A stretch of DNA of 43,972 nucleotides, from contig DEBW01000068.1 of NCBI GenBank assembly GCA_002348905.1, positions 8,395 to 52,366 of the forward strand, in the 5' to 3' direction. Positions 8,658 to 15,209 of this stretch are shown in pieces. Every line of letters starts with the position of its first letter. Position 1 is the stretch's first letter. A program made the translations under genes and the position numbers. The notes beneath the pieces are model-generated. The model saw only the letters and a list, made by a program, of their open reading frames with translations, did no database searches and was not told the DNA's origin. The DNA is from Ruminococcus flavefaciens (lineage in GTDB: Bacteria > Bacillota > Clostridia > Oscillospirales > Ruminococcaceae).

Positions 8658-11285
8658 TTATAATGCAGAAGAAACGATGTTCTCAAACTGAGCGATAGCC
8701 TCGTCTATCTTAGTGATATCACCGGCACCAGCCATAGCGCCGTCAGGCTTTCCGCCGCCCTTACCGCCTGTTACAGCAGCAACTTCACGAACTATCTTGC
8801 CTGCATTTCCGCCCTTAGCTACAGCTTCCTTTGTGCATACACAGTAGAATGTGCCCTTTTCACCTGTTGCAGCAGCAAAGAGAGCTATAATAGCATCTTC
8901 CTTGTCCTTTACGCTGTCACCAAGCTTACGGAGAGCGTCAGGAGTTGAACCGTCCATTCTTGCAGATACGATCTTTACGCCCTTTACTTCCTTTGCATTG
9001 TCAAAGAGTGAAGCAGTCTTAGCGTTTGCTATCTGCTGATTAAGGCTTTCAAGCTGCTTGTCCTTATCCTTTATCTCAGCAGCTACAGCAGCACACTTCT
9101 CAGGAAGCTCTGTTACGTTAGCAAGCTTGAGTGCCTTTGCTGAACGTGCGATAGTGTCCTTGAAGCCGTTGAGGAGGTCAAGTACGCCAAGACCAGTTAC
9201 AGCCTCGATACGTCTTACACCAGCAGCTACAGAGCTTTCAGAAACTATCTTGAAAAGACCAATCTGTGAGGTATTTGATACGTGTGTACCTCCGCAGAAC
9301 TCAACAGAGTGGTGAGCAGTTACAACTCTTACCATGTCGCCGTACTTCTCGCCGAAGAGAGCCATAGCGCCGAGCTTCTTAGCCTTCTCGATAGGCATTT
9401 CCTCCATAGTTACAGGGAGTGCTCTCATGATCTCCTTGTTTACGAGGTATTCAACTCTTGCTATCTCCTCCGGAGTCATAGCAGAGAAGTGGTTGAAGTC
9501 GAAACGGCAAGCCTTGTCGTTAACGAGCTGACCAGCCTGATGTACATGGTCGCCGAGTACCTGACGGAGAGCATACTGGAGAAGGTGAGCTGTAGTATGG
9601 TTTCTCATAGTAGCCATTCTGCGGTCATGGTCGATAGAAGCAGTGACCTTGTCACCCTTGCGGAGTGTACCCTGCTCGATAGTTGCAAGGTGGAGGAAGT
9701 GTCCCTCAGACTTGATAGTATCAGATACAGCAGCGATATTGTGGTTTACCATGATAGTACCGATATCGCCTATCTGTCCGCCGCTCTCAGCATAGAACGG
9801 AGTAACATCGAGAACGATAGCTACCTCGTCTCCTTCGTCAGCGTAGTAAACTTCCTCGCCGTTCTTGTACATTGCAAGTATCTCAGCGTCCTCAGCAACG
9901 AAGTCGGTATAACCTGTGAATACTGTAGGAGCAGCATCTACCTTGATGCTGTTGTCAGCCCATGATGAACCAGCCTTTGCAGCGTGGTCAGCCTTGGCTC
10001 TTGCTCTCTGCTCCTTAGCAAGTTCAGTAAAGCGGTCACGGTCAACAGTGAGACCTCTTTCCTCGCATATTTCCTCAGTGAGGTCTATCGGGAAGCCGTA
10101 TGTATCGGAGAGCTTGAATGCATCATCGCCGGAGAGAACAGTCTTGCCCTCAGCCTTTAATGCGTCAGTGAAGCCGTTGAGAAGCTCTGTACCCTTGTCG
10201 ATAGTCTTAGCGAAAGCTTCTTCCTCAACGCCGATGATCTTCTTGATGTAGTCACGCTTTTCAGCGAGTTCAGGATAAGCCTTTTCATTCTCCTTGATAA
10301 CAGTGTCGCAAACATCGCAGAGGAAAGGCTTTGTGATGCCTAAGAGTCTGCCGTGACGAGCAGCTCTTCTGAGGAGACGGCGGAGAACGTAGCCTCTGCC
10401 CTCATTTGAAGGCATGATTCCGTCGCCTACCATGAATGTGGTACTTCTTATATGGTCAGTGATAACACGGAGAGAAACGTCAGTCTTGTGGTCTTTCTTG
10501 TACTCAACGCCTGCTATCTTTGAGATATGCTTCATTATGTTCTGAACAGTATCTACCTCGAAGATATTGTCAACGTCCTGCATTACACAAGCAAGTCTTT
10601 CAAGTCCCATACCTGTATCAATGTTCTTGTTCTTCATCTCAGCGTAGTTGCCGTTGCCGTCGCTGTCGAACTGGCTGAATACGAGGTTCCATATCTCGAT
10701 AACTCTGTCGCAGTCGCTTGCCTGCTCGAAGTTCTCGAAAGGACCGTAAGCCTCGCCACGGTCGAAGTGTATCTCAGAGCATGGACCGCATGGACCTGAA
10801 CCGTGCTCCCAGAAGTTGTCCTTCTTGCCGAGACGGATGATCCTGTCGTGAGGGATACCGATATTGTTCTCCCAGATCTGCTCAGCCTCGTCATCGCTCT
10901 CGTATATAGTTATCCAGAGGCGGTCAGCCGGTATTTCAAGCACCTTTGTAAGGAATTCCCAAGCCCAGTCGATAGCTTCTGTCTTGAAGTAATCGCCGAA
11001 TGAGAAGTTGCCGAGCATCTCGAAATATGTACCATGTCTTGCAGTTTTACCAACACTCTCGATATCAGGAGTTCTGATACACTTCTGGCAGGTTGTTACT
11101 CTTACGTTAGGAGGAGTAGCCTGTCCGAGGAAGAACTTCTTGAGAGGAGCCATACCTGAATTGATGAGGAGAAGGCTCTTGTCTCCCTGAGGAACGAGAG
11201 AAGCGCTTGCCATACGTGTATGGTTCTTGCTCTCGAAGAAAGATAAATACTTTTCACGAAGATCGTTAAGACCTGTCCACTGCAT
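8658..11285 (-). CDS. alaS: Alanine--tRNA ligase
   Basis: NSGMAPLK, TCQKCIR, HGTYFEMLGNFSFGDYFK, IDTGMGLER, editing NHTTAH and CGGTH, GGKGGG. Start moved to ATG 11285 (AAGGAG RBS); the longer ORF start lies inside the tRNA-like element. Confidence 0.98.
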   Translation of the reverse strand: MQWTGLNDLREKYLSFFESKNHTRMASASLVPQGDKSLLLINSGMAPLKKFFLGQATPPNVRVTTCQKCIRTPDIESVGKTARHGTYFEMLGNFSFGDYFKTEAIDWAWEFLTKVLEIPADRLWITIYESDDEAEQIWENNIGIPHDRIIRLGKKDNFWEHGSGPCGPCSEIHFDRGEAYGPFENFEQASDCDRVIEIWNLVFSQFDSDGNGNYAEMKNKNIDTGMGLERLACVMQDVDNIFEVDTVQNIMKHISKIAGVEYKKDHKTDVSLRVITDHIRSTTFMVGDGIMPSNEGRGYVLRRLLRRAARHGRLLGITKPFLCDVCDTVIKENEKAYPELAEKRDYIKKIIGVEEEAFAKTIDKGTELLNGFTDALKAEGKTVLSGDDAFKLSDTYGFPIDLTEEICEERGLTVDRDRFTELAKEQRARAKADHAAKAGSSWADNSIKVDAAPTVFTGYTDFVAEDAEILAMYKNGEEVYYADEGDEVAIVLDVTPFYAESGGQIGDIGTIMVNHNIAAVSDTIKSEGHFLHLATIEQGTLRKGDKVTASIDHDRRMATMRNHTTAHLLQYALRQVLGDHVHQAGQLVNDKACRFDFNHFSAMTPEEIARVEYLVNKEIMRALPVTMEEMPIEKAKKLGAMALFGEKYGDMVRVVTAHHSVEFCGGTHVSNTSQIGLFKIVSESSVAAGVRRIEAVTGLGVLDLLNGFKDTIARSAKALKLANVTELPEKCAAVAAEIKDKDKQLESLNQQIANAKTASLFDNAKEVKGVKIVSARMDGSTPDALRKLGDSVKDKEDAIIALFAAATGEKGTFYCVCTKEAVAKGGNAGKIVREVAAVTGGKGGGKPDGAMAGAGDITKIDEAIAQFENIVSSAL

Positions 11286-11321
11286 AAAAATAATCTCCTT
11301 TGATAATAAAATAATAAGGTG

Positions 11322-11436
11322 TGGTGTGCCGTGCAGGAATCGAACCTGCGACACGGTGCTTAAAAGGCGAACCTCTTGCTGTTACTGTCTTATACAAGAC
11401 AGGATTTTCCTGCTCTGCCAACTGAGCTAACGGCAC
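11322..11436 (-). ncRNA. tRNA-like element (Lys UUU-type loop) with ~37-nt internal insertion; encoded CCA
   Basis: Minus strand: GTGCCGT TA GCTC AGTTGGCA GAGC A [GGAAAATC CTGTCTT GTAT AAGACAG TAACAGCAAGA] GGTTCGC CTTTTAA GCACC GTGTC GCAGG TTCGATT CCTGC ACGGCAC A CCA. 7/7 acceptor, 4/4 D-stem and 5/5 T-stem pairs; canonical T-loop; 115 nt. Confidence 0.85.
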
Positions 11437-11439
11437 ATC

Positions 11440-11660
11440 AAACAAAAAACACCTCCGCCGCCAAATGGGACGAAGGCTCTCGTGGTACCACCCAAATTCA
11501 AAGGGACAATATATCCCTTCCTCGTATATCTTTAACGCAGAAATACGCCGCAGTTTCCCACGGAAGCTCAGGGTAAGCACCTGTCTCACGTCTGAAAGCT
11601 CACACCAGCCGCTTTCTCTCTGAAAGGCGTTACACGACAGTCAGTCCCTTCAATGCCATA
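11440..11660 (-). promoter_or_regulatory. Alanine T-box riboswitch upstream of alaS
   Basis: Stem I with AGAGA and GGTG motifs, GCT (Ala) specifier at 11576-11578, T-box AATTTGGGTGGTACCACG at 11481-11498, followed by a terminator. Confidence 0.93.
11441..11478 (-). terminator. T-box intrinsic terminator
   Basis: Imperfect hairpin CCTTCGTCCC...GGCGGCGGAGG followed by TGTTTTTTGTTT; overlaps the antiterminator 3' strand. Confidence 0.8.
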
Positions 11661-11667
11661 CTCCTAT

Positions 11668-11696
11668 ATTATATATCCATAAAAACTAAAAGTCAA
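11668..11696 (-). promoter_or_regulatory. SigA-type promoter for T-box/alaS
   Basis: TTGACT-17 nt-TATAAT. Confidence 0.85.
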
Positions 11697-11769
11697 TAGC
11701 TTTTTAAATTTTCACATAAAAGCAGCATATATTTTTAATATTTTATATTTTTTAGCAAAATTTAAATCA

Positions 11770-11860
11770 TAAATTAGACGGATATTCTCCGTCCTTAACT
11801 GTTGAAAAACATGATATTTGCAGTAAAATTAGCGGGCGACGGGACGGCGTTCCGCCGTCC
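11770..11860 (-). terminator. Two GC-rich hairpins downstream of the orphan membrane gene (probable terminator region)
   Basis: GGACGGCG/CGCCGTCC (11842-11860) and GACGGA/TCCGTC (about 11777-11793); U-tails are weak. Confidence 0.45.
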
Positions 11861-11866
11861 GTGTTT

Positions 11867-12277
11867 TTACTCTTGAGTTTTTCTTTTCGCTTTAATAATG
11901 CTGAAGCCTGTCATAATGAGACTTATAACAGCTACAGCCGCCCACCAGTGCCACTTTCTGAATACAGCTCCAAGACCTGCAAACGGAGTTGCAAAAACTA
12001 CGGCAACAGGAATGAACCAATCGGCAAGGAGAGAATATTTTGCGATAACAAGTCCCGTGACCGAAAGCACAAACAATACGGAAAAGAACACTGTCCCTAT
12101 TTTCGTATGCCTTCCTTTGACAATAAACACGCACCAGTACCCGATGTACAGAAGCGTGACTGCAAAGTAAAGCCATTTGATATCCGAATGTCCCGAAACA
12201 GAATAGGCGAAGTTTACGACTGCTGCAATAATATGCATGATAACAAGTCCCAAAGGCGACAAAAACAGTTTTTTCAT
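11867..12277 (-). CDS. Hypothetical 4-TM membrane protein
   Basis: 136-aa hydrophobic ORF with an AAAGGAG RBS and its own consensus promoter. Confidence 0.75.
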   Translation of the reverse strand: MKKLFLSPLGLVIMHIIAAVVNFAYSVSGHSDIKWLYFAVTLLYIGYWCVFIVKGRHTKIGTVFFSVLFVLSVTGLVIAKYSLLADWFIPVAVVFATPFAGLGAVFRKWHWWAAVAVISLIMTGFSIIKAKRKTQE

Positions 12278-12309
12278 ATGAACACGCTCCTTTCGTTTTT
12301 TCTGATACC

Positions 12310-12338
12310 ATTATAATAGGAAATCAGCGTGCTTTCAA
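12310..12338 (-). promoter_or_regulatory. SigA-type promoter for the orphan membrane gene
   Basis: TTGAAA-17 nt-TATAAT. Confidence 0.75.
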
Positions 12339-12488
12339 GAGGTCATCTGTAACTATAAACTGTTACATTTGTCACTGTTTTCTCAAAATGTAACATCCAT
12401 TACGTAGAAAATTTGATTATTTTTAGTCTTAAATTTATCAAATATGGTAAAAAAATATGAAAGAACCGCAAATTTCCCGTTTCATCGC

Positions 12489-12517
12489 TTGACTTTTATA
12501 TTTCACAGTGATATATT
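12489..12517 (+). promoter_or_regulatory. SigA-type promoter for the Thr-rich surface protein
   Basis: TTGACT-17 nt-TATATT with extended -10 TG. Confidence 0.7.
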
Positions 12518-12584
12518 AACATTATACGAGAAATAACTCTCGTGAGACTATCATATGTACAAAAAATGAAAAGGAGAAAGCATT

Positions 12585-13073
12585 ATGAAAAAGTCAATTT
12601 CAATCATCGCTGCAGCTGCTATGGCTGCTTCACTCACATTCGCAGGTACTATGAATTCCTTCGCAGACGAAGAAGCTCCTGTTGCTACTGCTCCGGCTGC
12701 TGCTGAAGAGGCTGAGACTACTACAACTGAGGCTGCTGAGACTACAACTACAGAGGCTATTGAAACAACAACTACTACTTCAGAAGCTATTACAACAGGA
12801 ACTTATACTACTTCAACAGAGGCTGCTGAAACTACAGCTGTAGCTTCTGAGACAACTACAACTGTTGCACCAGCTACTGAAACAACAACTACTACAACAA
12901 CTGCTGCAACAACAACTACAACAACTACTACAAAGGCTACAACTACTACAACTAAGACTACTGCTAAGCCAAATTCACCAAAGACAGGCGTTGAGTTCCC
13001 TGCACTCGCTGTAACTGGTATCGGTGTTTCTGCTATCGCTATCGCTTTTGCTTTAAAGAAGAAGGAAGACTAA
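12585..13073 (+). CDS. Thr-rich sortase-anchored cell-surface protein (SPKTG motif)
   Basis: Sec signal peptide (…NSFA/DEE), Thr/Ala/Glu low-complexity body, then SPKTG, hydrophobic stretch and KKKED tail; AAGGAG RBS. Confidence 0.88.
   Translation: MKKSISIIAAAAMAASLTFAGTMNSFADEEAPVATAPAAAEEAETTTTEAAETTTTEAIETTTTTSEAITTGTYTTSTEAAETTAVASETTTTVAPATETTTTTTTAATTTTTTTTKATTTTTKTTAKPNSPKTGVEFPALAVTGIGVSAIAIAFALKKKED
12700..12965 (+). repeat. Coding low-complexity repeats (EAAETTTT-like units; ACA/ACT runs)
   Basis: Degenerate GAGGCT(GCT)GAGACTAC(T/A)AC units and long ACA/ACT codon runs. Confidence 0.7.
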
Positions 13074-13092
13074 TCATTAAATAAAAGCTTAT

Positions 13093-13127
13093 AAAGAGCG
13101 GCATCTGTCACGATGCCGCTTTTTTTA
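13093..13127. terminator. Intrinsic terminator between convergent genes (likely bidirectional)
   Basis: 9-bp stem AGCGGCATC/GATGCCGCT with a T-run on the right and AAAG on the left; overlaps the PBP stop codon. Confidence 0.8.
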
Positions 13128-14706
13128 TTATCCCGTCAACGATATCCGCAAATACAGGAGCTGCGGCATCATTTCCGTAACCGCCGTCCTCGACGAGTAC
13201 TGTTACTGCATAAGTCGGAGAGCTTGATGGAAAAAATCCGGTTATCCACGCATTGCAAAGCTCCTCGCCGTTATTGCTGAATCTGCCTGTCTGAGCCGTT
13301 GAAGTCTTTGCTCCTGCCCTGATATACCTCGGACGAGCCTTTGAATTATCATTCTTGTATACAGCAGCTATCATCATTTTTCTCAGTTCCTTTGCTGTAT
13401 CCTCAGACATCACTCTTGACCTTCTCGGCAGCTTTTCATTCCCGACAGTTTTGCCGTCAACGGTTATACCTCTCACTATATCCAGCATCACAAGTTCTCC
13501 GCCGTTAGCTATCGCTGCAGTCATAGCATTTACCTGTAATGGAGTTGCAGTCAGTTTTCCCTGACCGAAAGAAAAATTCGCAAGCTCCGCCGGTATAAGA
13601 AGTTCGTCCACAGAGGGCAGTACTCCGGCAGAAGCGGTCATACCGGCACAGAGGTGTATCTCACGCCCGAAGCCTAAGTCAAATGCACAGCTTCGGAATG
13701 ACGGCACATCGAGGTACTGACTCAGGGATATGAAGTAGGTATTGCAGGAATTTGTCATAGCCTGCGTCATATCCTGTACTTCGTGACCGTCATATTTATG
13801 ACAGCGGAAAAGCTGACCTGAGATATCAATATCACCTTTGCAGTCGTACATATAGCCTTCAAAGCCTTCATTCATACTCTCACAGGCTGTAACAAGTTTG
13901 AATATCGAGCCGACACTATATGAGTACAATGCACGGTTTATAAGCGGACTTCTCTCATCGTTCAGAGCCTTTTCTATATTGTCAACGCTGAAATCCGGAA
14001 AGCTTGCAAGTGCGAGGATATCTCCGGTATCAACGTCCGTGACAACTATGCATCCCTTGTCTATGCCCTTTCCGGCTTCTTCACATATACGCTGTATGCG
14101 GCTGTCGATAGTGGTGACAACTCCGGTATTCTGCTTATTGCTTCGTATCACGCTCTTTTCACTGCCTATGAGAACATTTCCGAAGCCGTCTGTATTATAG
14201 GTAACGCTGTTTTCGATGTTTCCGCCACGAAGCAGGTCATTGTAGGCATACTCTATGCCGGAAGCTCCTTTCTCCTCCGAAAGATAGCCTACTATATGAG
14301 GAGCAAGCGTTTTTCCCTTATTGTGTACCGGAACTTCAAAAAATGTAAGTCCGGCAGAATCATTTCCTTTTACTCTGCACCGCACAGCAAAAGGTCTCCC
14401 CTCTTTGTATTCTTCCCTGACCTGCTCCTTATCTCCGGTATATTTCAGCAATTCGTCAAGAGACACCGCCGACGGAACAACAGATGCTGTTATTTCTGTA
14501 TCTGTATTGGTCAGCGGTATGAAATTCCGGTCAAAAACAGTTCCCTGACTTTCTCCGGCATTTATCGTAAGCAGTGAACGTTCAGCCGCCGCATCAACAT
14601 ATTTATGCCTGTCTGAAAGCTGTAGGTAGTTTAAGGCGAGTATACCGAATAACAGCATAAATAAAACAGCAAGAAGGATCACACCTCCCTCGGCACGTTT
14701 ACGCAT
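13108..14706 (-). CDS. Class B penicillin-binding protein (transpeptidase; FtsI/SpoVD-like family)
   Basis: N-terminal TM, FDRN, GIEYAYNDLLRG, GSIFK (SxxK), SCN (SxN); third motif reads KTS instead of KTG. Confidence 0.9.
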   Translation of the reverse strand: MRKRAEGGVILLAVLFMLLFGILALNYLQLSDRHKYVDAAAERSLLTINAGESQGTVFDRNFIPLTNTDTEITASVVPSAVSLDELLKYTGDKEQVREEYKEGRPFAVRCRVKGNDSAGLTFFEVPVHNKGKTLAPHIVGYLSEEKGASGIEYAYNDLLRGGNIENSVTYNTDGFGNVLIGSEKSVIRSNKQNTGVVTTIDSRIQRICEEAGKGIDKGCIVVTDVDTGDILALASFPDFSVDNIEKALNDERSPLINRALYSYSVGSIFKLVTACESMNEGFEGYMYDCKGDIDISGQLFRCHKYDGHEVQDMTQAMTNSCNTYFISLSQYLDVPSFRSCAFDLGFGREIHLCAGMTASAGVLPSVDELLIPAELANFSFGQGKLTATPLQVNAMTAAIANGGELVMLDIVRGITVDGKTVGNEKLPRRSRVMSEDTAKELRKMMIAAVYKNDNSKARPRYIRAGAKTSTAQTGRFSNNGEELCNAWITGFFPSSSPTYAVTVLVEDGGYGNDAAAPVFADIVDGIIKKAAS

Positions 14707-14746
14707 AAAAAATCACCTCATCGGTAGTATTGACCGATAAGGTGAC
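14707..14746 (-). terminator. Terminator-like hairpin after dtd containing the PBP RBS
   Basis: TCACCTTATCGGT-loop-ACCGATGAGGTGA followed by TTTTTT and directly by ATG. Confidence 0.65.
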
Positions 14747-14771
14747 TATACTCTTTTATTATGCCGGAATT

Positions 14772-15206
14772 TTATTCCAGCACTATTGTGAAAGGTCCGT
14801 CGTTGACAAGCTCAACTTTCATATCTGCGCCGAATATGCCAGTCTCAACGTGTTTGCCCTTGCTTCGGCAGTAATCTGTGAAGTAGTTGTAAAGTCTTTC
14901 AGCTTCATCTGGCTTGCCTGCTTGTATAAAGTTAGGGCGATTTCCTTTGCGGCAGTCAGCATAAAGGGTGAACTGCGACACCACAAGCAGGTCTCCGTCG
15001 ACATCGGAAAGCGAGAGATTTATCTTGTCGTTCTCGTCTGAGAATATACGCAGATTTATTATCTTGTCAGCAAGTCTCCGGCAGTCCTCCTCAGTATCTC
15101 CCTGACCTACGCCAAGAAGTACGAGATATCCTGTGCCGATGCTTCCGGTAACTTCTCCGTCAACTTTTACGCTTGCAGACGTTACCCTCTGTAATACTAT
15201 CCTCAT
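14772..15206 (-). CDS. dtd: D-aminoacyl-tRNA deacylase
   Basis: [19 protein letters not shown] motifs. Confidence 0.96.
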   Translation of the reverse strand: MRIVLQRVTSASVKVDGEVTGSIGTGYLVLLGVGQGDTEEDCRRLADKIINLRIFSDENDKINLSLSDVDGDLLVVSQFTLYADCRKGNRPNFIQAGKPDEAERLYNYFTDYCRSKGKHVETGIFGADMKVELVNDGPFTIVLE

Positions 15207-15209
15207 ACG

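Noticed and set aside
11286-11354. 23-aa N-terminal extension of AlaS in the ORF track
   Set aside because: That start lies inside the tRNA-like element and has no RBS; ATG 11285 has AAGGAG and gives a typical AlaS N-terminus.
11322-11436. Ordinary tRNA-Lys, group I intron-containing tRNA, tRNA-Sec, tmRNA or prophage att remnant
   Set aside because: The extra sequence is 5' of the anticodon stem (not in the loop or variable arm) and too short for a self-splicing intron; there is no tag ORF; both tRNA halves are present and no integrase is nearby.
11266-11589. 107-aa minus-strand ORF as a possible leader peptide
   Set aside because: It runs through the T-box, terminator and tRNA-like structure; the RNA elements explain the sequence and no RBS is evident.
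11892-12311. Alternative 139-aa minus-strand ORF overlapping the membrane gene
   Set aside because: It starts within the promoter -10 region without an RBS; the 136-aa frame has the RBS and coherent TM segments.
12700-12965. Tandem ACA/ACT repeats as a possible CRISPR or non-coding repeat array
   Set aside because: They are in-frame Thr codons; there is no constant repeat with unique spacers and no cas genes.
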